Positions 1 to 9,551 of a DNA stretch of 64,000 nucleotides are shown piece after piece. The notes under the pieces were generated by a model that saw only the letters and a program-made list of their open reading frames with translations, ran no database searches and was not told the origin of the DNA. Numbering within the stretch: the stretch's first letter is position 1; the number at the start of each line of letters is the position of its first letter. The stretch is from Nitrospinales bacterium (GTDB lineage Bacteria > Nitrospinota > Nitrospinia > Nitrospinales > VA-1). The stretch spans positions 160,001 through 224,000 of the forward strand of contig CBDCWG010000012.1 of assembly GCA_965223345.1 (NCBI GenBank). The letters run 5' to 3'. The translations under genes were made by a program, and so were the position numbers.

Positions 1-338
1 GGGTTGTCCCAGAATTTCGGTTCGCGGCCGGGGACCGCCTCGAGAAACCGCTGGTACTGCTCGTTGGTCACCTCGTATTTGTCCATGTAGAACGCGCCGA
101 GGTACACCCTGCGCTGCGGCGTCTCGTCCAGGTACCACTCCCTCGATTCGGAAAAAAACGTCTTCACCACCCAGTCGATGTCGGCGTCGCTGCTGCCCAT
201 GGTGAACACGCCGTCGGGCACCAGCACCATGTCCTCGGGCGGACCGGCGGCATCGGGAACGGCGGCGTTCGCATTCAATGCGCCGCACAACAGCGCAGCG
301 AGCGCCCAACTCACTATCTTTCGTCCTGTTCGTTTCAC
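1..338 (-). CDS. Formylglycine-generating enzyme (SUMF1/FGE-sulfatase) family protein, N-terminal part; runs off the window edge
   Basis: Manual minus-strand translation: signal-like N-terminus, then MVLVPDGVFTMGS...DETPQRRVYLGAFYMDKYEVTNEQYQRFL, the typical FGE-domain start. GTG start is approximate. Confidence 0.8.
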   Translation of the reverse strand, partial: MKRTGRKIVSWALAALLCGALNANAAVPDAAGPPEDMVLVPDGVFTMGSSDADIDWVVKTFFSESREWYLDETPQRRVYLGAFYMDKYEVTNEQYQRFLEAVPGREPKFWDN

Positions 339-368
339 GCCCCGCACCTGGAATCCACTCTCCCGCTG

Positions 369-932
369 TTAATTCGGTATCATTCCCGCCTGACGGGCGT
401 ATTCGAAAATATTGCCGGCGCTGACGATGTCCGCGACCTCTCCCAACGACTTGAGAGAATAAATTTTCTGCGTGCTGTTGTTGGTCAGCGTTTCGGCTTT
501 CAGGTCGATGGTCAATGCGTCGCCGGTCTTGATTTCCTCCACGAGCCGCTTTTCCGATTCGAAGGGAATGAAAAACCCGCCGTCCACCGAGTTGCGGTAA
601 AAAATCCGCGCGTACGATTCGGCCACCACCGCTTTGATCCCGGCGATCTTGAGGCAGGCGGGCGCGTGCTCGCGCGAGGAGCCGCAGCCGAAGTTTCTGC
701 CGCCGATGATGATCTTGTATTCGGATTCGAAGCGGCCCTCATCCACGAACGGACGGTTGCCCCCGGGAAGCCCGGCGGCGTCTGTGGGGACGCCGGACAG
801 GGCGAACTTGCCGTAGTTTTTTTTCTCTTCCGGATCGCTGAGGCTGTACACCAGGTGCTCTGCGGGAATGATCTGATCGGTGTCGATGTCGTTTCCCAGC
901 ACGTAGGCGCGCCCTTCGATTTTCGTTTCCAT
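369..932 (-). CDS. leuD: 3-isopropylmalate dehydratase small subunit
   Basis: DIDTDQIIPA and NFGCGSSREHAP motifs; directly downstream of the large subunit. Confidence 0.9.
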   Translation of the reverse strand: METKIEGRAYVLGNDIDTDQIIPAEHLVYSLSDPEEKKNYGKFALSGVPTDAAGLPGGNRPFVDEGRFESEYKIIIGGRNFGCGSSREHAPACLKIAGIKAVVAESYARIFYRNSVDGGFFIPFESEKRLVEEIKTGDALTIDLKAETLTNNSTQKIYSLKSLGEVADIVSAGNIFEYARQAGMIPN

Positions 933-950
933 GTCTTTCCTTTTACCGGT

Positions 951-2252
951 TCAGTTGTTCAAGAATTCCCGCGGATCGGTGATGCGCCCCGTCAACGCGG
1001 ACGCCGCGGCGGTGTAGGGCGAAGCCAGGTACACGTGCGCCTGTTTCGATCCCATCCTGCCGGGGAAATTGCGGTTGGTGGTGGAGATCACCACTTCGCT
1101 GCCGTTGGTGCGCCCGAACGTGTCCTTGGGGCCGCCCAGGCAGGCGGCGCAGGAGGGCTCGCCGAGCATCGCGCCGGCTTCCTTGAAGATGTTGACCAGC
1201 GGCTCGCCGTTGATGGTTTCGGTGTGCAGGTCGGCTTCGACTTCGCGGGTGGCCGGAACGATGAAGGTATCGATCTTGACCTTCTTGCCTTTGAGCAGTT
1301 TCGCCGCCGCCACAAAGTCGGTGAGCTTGCCGCCGGTGCAGGAGCCGATGTAGGAACGGTCGAGCTTGACGTCGCGGCATTCCCCGACCACGGCCTTGTT
1401 GTCGGGCGAATGCGGCTTGGCGACGATGGGCTCCATCTTGGCCGCATCGTAGGTCTTTTTGAAATAATAGTCCGCGTCGGCATCGGATTCGTACAGCGTG
1501 CAGGGCTTGTCCGTGCGCTGCTTGACGTAATCGAGGGTCACGTCGTCGGCCTGGATGACGGCGTTCTTGCCGCCGGCTTCGATCGCCATGTTGCACAGCG
1601 TCATGCGCTCTTCCATGGAGAACTTCATGACGGCGTCGCCCGCCCACTCCATCGCGCGGTAGGTCGCCCCGTCCACGCTGATGTCGCCGATCACCTGCAA
1701 GAGGATGTCTTTCGCCATGATGTATTCGGGAAACGTGCCGGTGAACTCGAAGCGCATCGACTCGGGCACCTTGACCCAGAGCTTGCCGGTGCCGAGGATG
1801 AACGCCGCGTCGGTGTTGCCGATGCCGGCGGAGAACATGCCGAACGCGCCGGATGTGGTGCTGTGCGAATCGGTGCCGAACAATACTTCGCCGGGCCGGT
1901 TGTGGCCTTCCTGGGCGAGGGCGATGTGACACACGCCTTTGTAGTTTTCGGTGCCGACGTCGTAGTAGTAGGGCAGCTGCTGTTCCTTGACGAAGCCGCG
2001 GATGATTTCGATGTTGCGGTTGGCGTGGGTGTCGGCGGTGAACACGAAATGGTCCGGGATGATCACGACTTTTTCCGGATCCCAGACTTTGGCGTTCTCG
2101 CCGAACTGCTCTTTGAAAATCGCGATGGTGCCCGGCCCGCAGACGTCGTGGGTCATCAGCACATCGACATCCACCCAGATATTGTCTCCCGGCCGCACGC
2201 TGTCTTTTCCCGCGTGCGCGGCCAGTATTTTTTCAGTGATCGTCATCCCCAT
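951..2252 (-). CDS. leuC: 3-isopropylmalate dehydratase large subunit (LeuC/HacA type)
   Basis: Aconitase-family motifs GTDSHS, YIGSCTGG, PSCAACLG, STTNRNFPGRMG. Confidence 0.9.
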   Translation of the reverse strand: MGMTITEKILAAHAGKDSVRPGDNIWVDVDVLMTHDVCGPGTIAIFKEQFGENAKVWDPEKVVIIPDHFVFTADTHANRNIEIIRGFVKEQQLPYYYDVGTENYKGVCHIALAQEGHNRPGEVLFGTDSHSTTSGAFGMFSAGIGNTDAAFILGTGKLWVKVPESMRFEFTGTFPEYIMAKDILLQVIGDISVDGATYRAMEWAGDAVMKFSMEERMTLCNMAIEAGGKNAVIQADDVTLDYVKQRTDKPCTLYESDADADYYFKKTYDAAKMEPIVAKPHSPDNKAVVGECRDVKLDRSYIGSCTGGKLTDFVAAAKLLKGKKVKIDTFIVPATREVEADLHTETINGEPLVNIFKEAGAMLGEPSCAACLGGPKDTFGRTNGSEVVISTTNRNFPGRMGSKQAHVYLASPYTAAASALTGRITDPREFLNN

Positions 2253-2536
2253 GTCGGTCCTCTCCTCCCGGATTTCGGCGGGTCAATCGAAATAGTGTGC
2301 TCACGCGGTTTGGAAAGCCGCCCCCAAACCGGAGGTCGTTTGCGTCGCCGCTTCCCGTGATGCAGCTCACAGGCGGCGGGCTTCAGTTTTCCCGGAATCG
2401 TCCGTAAAGTTTATAAAATACCACTTTATCCCCGGGGGACGAATAAAATTTTGAAATTGATGGATTTTCAGAACTGGGAACCGCACCCCCTCTTCCCCAT
2501 TCCTATGGCCGCCCCGCGCCGCCCCCTTTTTCAGCC

Positions 2537-3532
2537 ATGCTGAACCTGGCCCTGGAGACCTTCGACCGGCTGCGCTACCGGCTGCCGGAAAAACCGAAAA
2601 ACGTGCAGATCGAGGTCACGAACCGCTGCAACATGGACTGCCCGATGTGCCCGCGCGAGGACCTCGACATCCACCTGGAACACATGCAATGGGACACCTT
2701 CACCGAGGTGGTGGACCGGCTGGTGGACCGGGAACCGCTGACGCTCACGGGGTGGGGGGAGCCGTTTCTGCATCCCAGGATCTTCGAGATGATCGCCTAC
2801 TGCAAGGTGCGCGGCCACCGGGTGCTGATCACCTCCAACGGCCTGTTCAGCAAGCCGGAGATCCTCGAGAACATCCTGCAATCGGACCTGGACGTGCTGA
2901 CGTTCTCGCTCGACAGCGTCGAGGGCAACGCCAATGTGGAGCACGGCCACACCAACGCCGCCGTGAACCGCAACATCGAGGCGCTGGCGGCCCGGCGCGA
3001 CCCTAGCCGGCTTTCCCTGCGGCTGCAGGCGACGCTGCACGCCGGCTGCGAGAACGACCTGTACGAAGTCATCCGCTTCGCCGGGCGCATCGGCTGCGAG
3101 ACGGTCAACGTCGGGCGGCTGGACAACGCGCACGCGCCGGAGCTGAAACGGCCGGGCCCGGAGGAAGAGCGACGCATTTTCAAGGCCGCGCAACACGTCG
3201 CCAATCAGGCGGGCGTGCAGCTCGACTGGCTGCAGTACGCCGTCTCCAGCGGCCCGACGCGCTGGGTGTACAAGATGCTGCGCAAGCGGCTGCACCGGTC
3301 CGGCAAGTACTGCCTGAAAACCTTTGACAATGCGTACGTGAGCCGCGAAGGCAACGTGACGCCCTGCTGCCTGCTGCCGCAGACGCAGATGGGCAACGTG
3401 CTCGACGAAGACCTCAAGAACATCTGGCAGAGCGCGAAATTCAACGATTTTCGCGAAAACTACCGCGACATCTGCGGCTCCTGCGATCTGTGGACCATCG
3501 TGCAGGTTCCCTCCCCCCCGGCCAAGCAATGA
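2537..3532 (+). CDS. Radical SAM protein with SPASM/Twitch domain
   Basis: CNMDCPMC (CxxxCxxC), GWGEPFLHP, C-terminal YC...GNVTPCC...CGSC. Confidence 0.85.
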   Translation: MLNLALETFDRLRYRLPEKPKNVQIEVTNRCNMDCPMCPREDLDIHLEHMQWDTFTEVVDRLVDREPLTLTGWGEPFLHPRIFEMIAYCKVRGHRVLITSNGLFSKPEILENILQSDLDVLTFSLDSVEGNANVEHGHTNAAVNRNIEALAARRDPSRLSLRLQATLHAGCENDLYEVIRFAGRIGCETVNVGRLDNAHAPELKRPGPEEERRIFKAAQHVANQAGVQLDWLQYAVSSGPTRWVYKMLRKRLHRSGKYCLKTFDNAYVSREGNVTPCCLLPQTQMGNVLDEDLKNIWQSAKFNDFRENYRDICGSCDLWTIVQVPSPPAKQ

Positions 3533-3745
3533 ACCGCGCCGGAAACGGCGGTCTGGCTCGTTCGGGCGCACGATTCCCGATTTCTCCCCCCTCGCCCGCA
3601 GATCTGTAATAACATTGAAAGCATTGCCCTTTTGATGTAGGGTACGCGATTCGTCTCCACCCCGATTGGCATTTTAAACGCGGTGACGCCCACACCCTGC
3701 CCGGCAGCGGATTCCATGCGGGGGACGGACCGAACCCGACAACCC

Positions 3746-5197
3746 ATGCAAACGACCGAAGACAACTCGCAGATCATCGTCGATCGCCGGCCGCTGTGGA
3801 TCGTGGCCTTCGACCGGCTGCGCCGGCCGCTGTTTCTGACGCTGCTGTTCGTCCTGTTTCTGGTGCTGTTGAACCAGGAGGGCCCGGCGGATCTCTCGCC
3901 CGAAGGCTACCAGGTGCTGTGCGTGTTTTTTCTCTGCGTCAGCCTGTGGTCCACCAACCTGATTCCGCTTTCGGTGACGAGCCTGCTGGCGATTGCGCTG
4001 ATCCCGCTGCTCGGCATCATGCCCGAGTCGGAGGTGTATTCCTTTTTCGGCAACAAGGCGGTGTTCTTCATACTCGGGGTGTTCATCCTGTCGGCGGCGA
4101 TGATCGGCTCGGGCCTGAGCACGCGGCTTTCGATGTGGGTGATGGAGCAGTTCGGCAGCACGCCGCAAAAACTCATCACCTCGATCTACTGCTTCGGCGC
4201 GGTGAGTTCCTGCTTCATGTCCGAACACGCGGTGGCGGCGATGATGTTTCCCATCCTGCTGGAAATCGTGCAGGTGCTGAACCTCAAACGCGGCGGCTCG
4301 CGCTTCGCCAAGGGGCTTTTCTTCGCGATGGCGTGGGGCTGCATCATCGGCGGCGCGATGACCGTGCTGGGTGGCGGCCGCGTGCCGCTGGCGGTGGAGA
4401 TCCTGGAAAAATCCACGGCCGATGCGGCGACGATCGGCATCCTCGAATACACGAAGCTCAGCTTCCCGATGGTGCTCTTGCTGTTCGTGTGCGGCTGGGG
4501 TGTGCTGCGCCTTCTCTACCCCAGCGACCTGAAAGACATCCAGCCGGCGCGCGAGGTGCTGAAGAAAAAATCCCAGGACCTGGGCCTGATGACGTTCAGC
4601 GAAAAAGGCGTGGCGTTCGTGATGGCGCTGACGCTGTTCTTCTGGTTCGCGTACGGCGACACGCTGGGCATCGCCAACATCGCCATCCTCTCCATCGTGG
4701 TGCTGTTCTGGTTCGGCCTGATCAACTGGGGCCTGGTGGAGCCGCACATCAACTGGGCGATCATTCTCATGTACGGCGGCGCCATCTGCCTGGGCGAGGT
4801 CATGTCCTCATCGGGGGCGGCGTTCTGGCTGGCGCGCTTCTTTTTCGAAGGCACGGTGCAATCGCCGATGATCTACCTGCTGTTGCTGGCGCTGGCCTCG
4901 ACCCTGTTCACCACATTCATGAGCAACTCGGCGGTCATCGCCATTCTGCTGCCGCCCGCCATCAGCATGGCCCCGGCGTACGGCCTGAGCCCGGCGCTGG
5001 TTTCGCTGACGGTGGTGCTGCCGAGCAACTTCGCCTTCATCCTGCCGATCGCGACGCCGGCTTCGGCGCTGGCGTATTCCTCGCGCTACATCGGCATCGC
5101 CGACATGGTGCGTGCGGGCACGCTGCTTTCGCTGTTGGGAATGGGATGCTACCTGTTTTTGATCAAAGTGTACTGGCCCTGGATCGGGTTTCAGTGA
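3746..5197 (+). CDS. DASS/SLC13 family sodium:dicarboxylate/sulfate symporter
   Basis: Many TM helices; FMSEHA/FMSNSA hairpin motifs and AFILPIATP. Start placed at ATG 3746 (ORF track begins at 3683). Confidence 0.85.
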   Translation: MQTTEDNSQIIVDRRPLWIVAFDRLRRPLFLTLLFVLFLVLLNQEGPADLSPEGYQVLCVFFLCVSLWSTNLIPLSVTSLLAIALIPLLGIMPESEVYSFFGNKAVFFILGVFILSAAMIGSGLSTRLSMWVMEQFGSTPQKLITSIYCFGAVSSCFMSEHAVAAMMFPILLEIVQVLNLKRGGSRFAKGLFFAMAWGCIIGGAMTVLGGGRVPLAVEILEKSTADAATIGILEYTKLSFPMVLLLFVCGWGVLRLLYPSDLKDIQPAREVLKKKSQDLGLMTFSEKGVAFVMALTLFFWFAYGDTLGIANIAILSIVVLFWFGLINWGLVEPHINWAIILMYGGAICLGEVMSSSGAAFWLARFFFEGTVQSPMIYLLLLALASTLFTTFMSNSAVIAILLPPAISMAPAYGLSPALVSLTVVLPSNFAFILPIATPASALAYSSRYIGIADMVRAGTLLSLLGMGCYLFLIKVYWPWIGFQ

Positions 5198-5204
5198 GGT
5201 GAGA

Positions 5205-5315
5205 GTGGCGGGCCCGGGACGGACCTGGAGGGGTAGGCCCGTCCCGAGTGCGCGGAAAGGTGGAAAACTCCGTTTCCAGACTTTTCCAGTTTCAAACCAC
5301 TAGCTTTTGGATTGC
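5205..5315 (-). ncRNA. Candidate small RNA with two hairpins downstream of the sigma54 motif
   Basis: Hairpins at 5261-5288 (GAAA loop) and 5215-5246 (12 bp, ACCCCUCC loop); both pair better on the minus strand through G-U pairs; no plausible ORF. Confidence 0.35.
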
Positions 5316-5325
5316 CCTTATAAAG

Positions 5326-5341
5326 AGCAAGTTCGATGCCG
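5326..5341 (-). promoter_or_regulatory. Putative sigma54 (-24/-12) promoter
   Basis: Minus strand CGGCATCGAACTTGCT = GG-N10-GC with TTGC at -12. Confidence 0.5.
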
Positions 5342-5535
5342 GGACGGGCCGCGTTTCAGGGTATATCGCAAACCGCCCCTTATTCAAAGCCAATGCGGGT
5401 GCGGGCGCGGCTGCCCCATTCTCGTTACAATGAAGGTGTATCTTTTTTCATGAAGCGGTAGTACCGATTTCTGCAAATCAAAAGCGCTGATAAACTGCGC
5501 TTTATGACGCACCCCGGTGCACGGGACATTAACCG

Positions 5536-5880
5536 ATGAATTCACAAACCGTTTCCCTGATCCATCCTGTGACCTTGAAAGAACGGCTGGATAAAGGCGA
5601 GGACATCTGCCTGGTGGATGTGCGCGAGGGCTGGGAACATTCGCTCGCCGCCATCCCGGGTTCCGAGCATTTCCCGCTCGGCGAGCTGGCGGACCGGGTG
5701 CAGGAGCTTTTGTACGAGGAAGAGATCGTGGTGTACTGCCATTACGGGCAGCGGTCGCACGTCGGCGCGCAGATCCTCATGGAATCGGGCTTCAAAAAGG
5801 TGCACAACCTGCAAGGCGGCATCGACGCGTGGTCGCAGATCGTCGATCCTTCGGTCCCGCGCTACAAGCCGAATGGGTGA
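5536..5880 (+). CDS. Rhodanese-like domain protein
   Basis: LVDVRE, VYCHYGQRS active-site loop, NLQGGIDAWS. Confidence 0.88.
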   Translation: MNSQTVSLIHPVTLKERLDKGEDICLVDVREGWEHSLAAIPGSEHFPLGELADRVQELLYEEEIVVYCHYGQRSHVGAQILMESGFKKVHNLQGGIDAWSQIVDPSVPRYKPNG

Positions 5881-5907
5881 GCGGCGTTTGCCAGCATTAA
5901 CCCAAAT

Positions 5908-7392
5908 TCACGCCTTTTCGATCGCCTGCAGCAGCGCATCCCGCATGGCCTGAACGGGCGCTTTCTTTCCCGTCCACAGTTCGAACTGATCCACCGCCTG
6001 GTTGATGAACAGCTCCACGCCGGAGATCACGGTGCAGCCCTGCGCCCGCGCCTCGCGGATCAGCCGGGTTTCGGGCGGGTTGTAAACCGAGTCGAACACC
6101 ACGGTTTTAGGATCGAGATTGCGGGTCGGAAACGGGGTTTCCTCGACGTTGGGGTGCATGCCCACCGGCGAGCAGTTGATGAGCACGTCTTTTGGCAGGT
6201 CGCGCGCGTCGTCCACCGGCACGCACTGGCATCCCAGGGCGGCGGCCAGTTCCTGCCCGCGCCGCTTGTTGCTCTTGTAGGTGACGGTGAGCTGCGCGCC
6301 GCGCTGCATGACGCCGTAGCCGATGGCCTTGGCCGTGCCGCCGGAGCCGATGATCAGCACGTTTTTGCCGTTGAGGTCGATGTGCGCTTCCAGCGCCCGC
6401 ATGGCGCCGCTCACGTCGGTGTTGTGCCCCACCCATTCGCCGCCCTGCCGCACCACGGTGTTGACGGCGCCGATTCTGGCGGCGGTGTCCTCGATGCGGT
6501 CGAGCAGCGGCATCACCGCTTCCTTGTGCGGCATGGTGACGCTGAGGCCGGAAAAAAAATCGCGAAACGCGTCGAAAAACACTTCCAGTTCCTTCACCAG
6601 AAACGAAACGTAGATGTCGTTGGATCCGATTTGCTGAAACGCGCGGTTGTGGATGCGGTAGCCCATGCTCTTGGAGACGGGATCGCCGATCACGCCGTAC
6701 ACCTTGAACGCCTCGCGCGGACCGTCGGCGCGGTAAATGCGCTTGAGCGCCGATGCGGGAATCTGGCCGGGCGCGCTCTCGCGGCCGGTGTCGAGCGACC
6801 CGAAGGTGAGAAAGCCGCCCAATAGCGGCGACAGCACGCGGCTGATCTCGCCCTTCTCGCCCATGCACAGGGCGATCAGGGGGCGGTTCTCCCGCTGCGC
6901 CCGCTTCAGCAGTTCGAATACTTTCAGATTGTCGCGGATGTCCTGGGCGTAGGTGGCGATCTTGAGTATGTCGCCGGGCAGTTCGCACATGATCTCATAC
7001 AGCGGCGCGAGATCGTCCATGGTGTTGGTGAAGTTGTGGTAGGACAGGATGACCTTCGTGTTCCCTTTGTTTTCCAGCACCGATTTCAGCAGTTCCCGGG
7101 GCGTCGAGGTCTCGATGTCGATGTAGTCCGCACCCGCCGCGATGGCCTGGCGCAGGCTTTCGATGCGCTCGGGTTCGGTGCCCTTGAACTGGCCGCCTTC
7201 CAGCTTGGAGCGGTTGGTGACGATGACCGGCCGCGACACGGTGTCGAGCAGTGCGTTGAGATCGAATTTGTGGATGAGGTCGAGGCGTAGCTCGACGATG
7301 TCGGCGATGGATTCCGCCTGGGTGATGTCGGCCAGCGCCTTGGACATGGAGGGGCCGATGATGGGAACGCAGATCATGAAACTGGGTGTCAC
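5908..7392 (-). CDS. aroE: Bifunctional type I 3-dehydroquinate dehydratase / shikimate dehydrogenase (AroD-AroE fusion)
   Basis: N-half ELRLD, ILSYHNF, SAPGQ (DHQase I); C-half SVTMPHK, IGAVNT, HNTD, GSGGTA (SDH). Confidence 0.92.
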   Translation of the reverse strand: MTPSFMICVPIIGPSMSKALADITQAESIADIVELRLDLIHKFDLNALLDTVSRPVIVTNRSKLEGGQFKGTEPERIESLRQAIAAGADYIDIETSTPRELLKSVLENKGNTKVILSYHNFTNTMDDLAPLYEIMCELPGDILKIATYAQDIRDNLKVFELLKRAQRENRPLIALCMGEKGEISRVLSPLLGGFLTFGSLDTGRESAPGQIPASALKRIYRADGPREAFKVYGVIGDPVSKSMGYRIHNRAFQQIGSNDIYVSFLVKELEVFFDAFRDFFSGLSVTMPHKEAVMPLLDRIEDTAARIGAVNTVVRQGGEWVGHNTDVSGAMRALEAHIDLNGKNVLIIGSGGTAKAIGYGVMQRGAQLTVTYKSNKRRGQELAAALGCQCVPVDDARDLPKDVLINCSPVGMHPNVEETPFPTRNLDPKTVVFDSVYNPPETRLIREARAQGCTVISGVELFINQAVDQFELWTGKKAPVQAMRDALLQAIEKA

Positions 7393-7466
7393 TTTCTCAA
7401 ATGGCAGACAACAACCGCTTTGGCCCCGGCCGCGCCGCCTGGAAACATGCGGGAAACTGGATCAAT

Positions 7467-9275
7467 CTATTCCGCTTTGCCCTCTTTGTCAATTTGTTCG
7501 GAGTTTTCCAGGCGCTTCGGTCCGCCCAGGTTTTCCGCTTCCTCCGGCTTGTCGATGGCCTTGAGCATGAGCCGCATGGCGCGGCGGGCCTGCATGTCTT
7601 TAGGGCGCAGGCGCACGGCGGCCTTGAACGATTCCAGCGCGTCGTGGATTTTGCCCTGCTCGGAATAATGCACGCCGAGGTTGTAATGGGCGTTGGCGTA
7701 CTCCGGGTCGATGGCGATGGCGGTGCGAAAGGCTTCGATGGCGGCGTCGGTTTTCTGCATGAGGCCGAGCACGTTGCCCAGGTTGTTGTAGGCGCGGGCG
7801 TACTCCGGGTTGAGCGCCAGCGCCTGACGGTAGGCGGCGGCCGCTTCGGCAAGCCGGCCGCGCTTGCGCAGGGCGTTGCCCAGGTTGAAGTGCGCCTTGA
7901 TGTGATCGGGCTTGAGCGCGATCGCCGCGCGGTAGCGGTGGATCGATTCTTCGGTGTTTCTGCCCTGCCTGTCCAGCTCGGTGCCGAGGTTGTAGTGCGC
8001 CATCCAGGAAGACGGGTTTTTCGCCAGCGTGTCGCGCCACAGGGTTTCCAGATCCTTATAGATGCGGCTCTGATTGTAGGTGAGCACGGCGAGCCCACAG
8101 GCAAGAAGCGACAGCACGGCGTTGCGCAATGGCCAGGCGCGAGCGCGGAGCGTTGCGGGCAGGCGCTGCGCCAGCGCGGCGAACAGCGCCAGCGGACCGA
8201 TGCTCGCCAGATACTGAAAGTGATCGGCCACGAAGGAAAAGCGCATCGGGTACACGTTGACGAATCCCAATGCGGGAGTCAGCGTTCCCGCAAAAAACAG
8301 CAGCGCCACCAGCGGCCCCTTGCCCAGTGCGGCGCGGCGCGCCCACAAATAAAAAAGCAGCGCCAGGAACGCCACCGGAAACAGGTATTGCCAGGCCGCA
8401 CCCGCATCGATGTCCCAGCGCGGGTAGGTGAAGATCAACGGAAACGGCCAGAGCAGTTTGTAGAGGTAAAACCACAGCGCGCGCCCGGCGATGAGGATGC
8501 GGTCCAGCGCGGAAAGATCCCACTCGTAGCCCAACGCCCCCACATGAAAGCGCTCCATCCAGCCGGTGATGAACGCCATGCCGAGGCCGGCGACGAAGAA
8601 CGGATAGGTGAGAAAGGTGCTGCGCCAGCTCAGCCGGTCTTTCTTCCACCAGAGCAGCAGCACGATCACCGCAGGCAGGGTGCAGGTGACGGTCTTGCTC
8701 CACAGCGCGCCCATGAACAGCACCCAGGACAGGCCATACAGCCCCCAGCGGGGCGAGGCGGACGATTCGGGGTCGGCGGCGTTGGGATCGGTGTCGTCGA
8801 GGCCGGCGAAACGCAGGTACATCCACAGCGAGGACAGATAGAACAGGCCCGAGAGCACGTTCTTGCGTTCGGTGATCCAGGCGACCGATTCGACGTGCAC
8901 GGGATGCACCGCAAACAGCACCGCCGCCCAGGCCGCGCCGGGGACGGACAGGGCCCGGAGCACGCGCCACAGCAGAAACGCATTGCAAAGATGCAGAACG
9001 ACGTTGACGATGTGATAACCCATCGGCGTCGTTTCCCAGAGGCGGTACTCGATCCAGAACGTGGTGAAGGTCAGCGGGTAATACTGCGGCGTCGCGCCGA
9101 ATTCCGTCCACATCTTCCACAGTCCGGGCAGGGTCTTGAGGTGCTCGTTCAACGTGATGTAGGCGTCGTCGTCCCAGATGAAACCGCCGCGGATGGCGGG
9201 CAGGTAGGCGAGGGCGGTGACGAGCAGGAAAAAAATCAGGAGCCCGGATTTGCGGTCGCGGAGGATGGCGTTCAA
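7467..9275 (-). CDS. TMTC-like membrane glycosyltransferase (GT-C fold) with C-terminal TPRs
   Basis: FIWDD, YYPLT, FAVHPVHVESVAWITERK, ADHFQYL motifs and TPR repeats (AHYNLG, AYNNLG). Start uncertain (9275-9395). Confidence 0.8.
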   Translation of the reverse strand: MNAILRDRKSGLLIFFLLVTALAYLPAIRGGFIWDDDAYITLNEHLKTLPGLWKMWTEFGATPQYYPLTFTTFWIEYRLWETTPMGYHIVNVVLHLCNAFLLWRVLRALSVPGAAWAAVLFAVHPVHVESVAWITERKNVLSGLFYLSSLWMYLRFAGLDDTDPNAADPESSASPRWGLYGLSWVLFMGALWSKTVTCTLPAVIVLLLWWKKDRLSWRSTFLTYPFFVAGLGMAFITGWMERFHVGALGYEWDLSALDRILIAGRALWFYLYKLLWPFPLIFTYPRWDIDAGAAWQYLFPVAFLALLFYLWARRAALGKGPLVALLFFAGTLTPALGFVNVYPMRFSFVADHFQYLASIGPLALFAALAQRLPATLRARAWPLRNAVLSLLACGLAVLTYNQSRIYKDLETLWRDTLAKNPSSWMAHYNLGTELDRQGRNTEESIHRYRAAIALKPDHIKAHFNLGNALRKRGRLAEAAAAYRQALALNPEYARAYNNLGNVLGLMQKTDAAIEAFRTAIAIDPEYANAHYNLGVHYSEQGKIHDALESFKAAVRLRPKDMQARRAMRLMLKAIDKPEEAENLGGPKRLENSEQIDKEGKAE

Positions 9276-9488
9276 GGTGTCATTCCAAGAAGGTGGAACG
9301 GTGCGAGACAGAGCGGGGAACGCTCGGTCTTTTGTATCGCAATTGCCGCGCGGTTGCAACGCGGAGCCCGGATGAGGGAACCGGCGGCTTCGCAAAAATA
9401 AAAGCAGTTATTTCAATCACTCAGCCCACCTCATTTTACCCGAAGTTTTTTCTACTTTTAAGATTTCCTGAATATTTGCGAAAAAAAC

Positions 9489-9517
9489 TTGACATAGTGT
9501 AGCAACAACACTATCTT
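9489..9517 (+). promoter_or_regulatory. sigma70 promoter of the nrtR operon
   Basis: TTGACA (9489-9494)-N17-TATCTT (9512-9517). Confidence 0.75.
9494..9514. promoter_or_regulatory. NrtR operator 1
   Basis: 21-bp site ATAGTGT-agcaaca-ACACTAT with perfect 7-bp inverted arms and the GT-N7-AC core known for NrtR; lies between -35 and -10. Confidence 0.85.
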
Positions 9518-9518
9518 G

Positions 9519-9539
9519 AAAGTGTAAATAAGACACTAA
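9519..9539. promoter_or_regulatory. NrtR operator 2
   Basis: AAAGTGT-aaataag-ACACTAA, a second GT-N7-AC palindrome over the predicted start site. Confidence 0.75.
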
Positions 9540-9551
9540 CTGGAGCGCATC

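Noticed and set aside
666..2360. Long antisense ORFs here and opposite many other genes
   Set aside because: Shadow ORFs expected from high-GC codon bias; no recognisable motifs
2330..2395. GACGCAAA in the leuC leader suggesting a c-di-GMP-I riboswitch
   Set aside because: Lacks the GGCAAA...GAAA P2 arrangement; kept only as a generic structured leader
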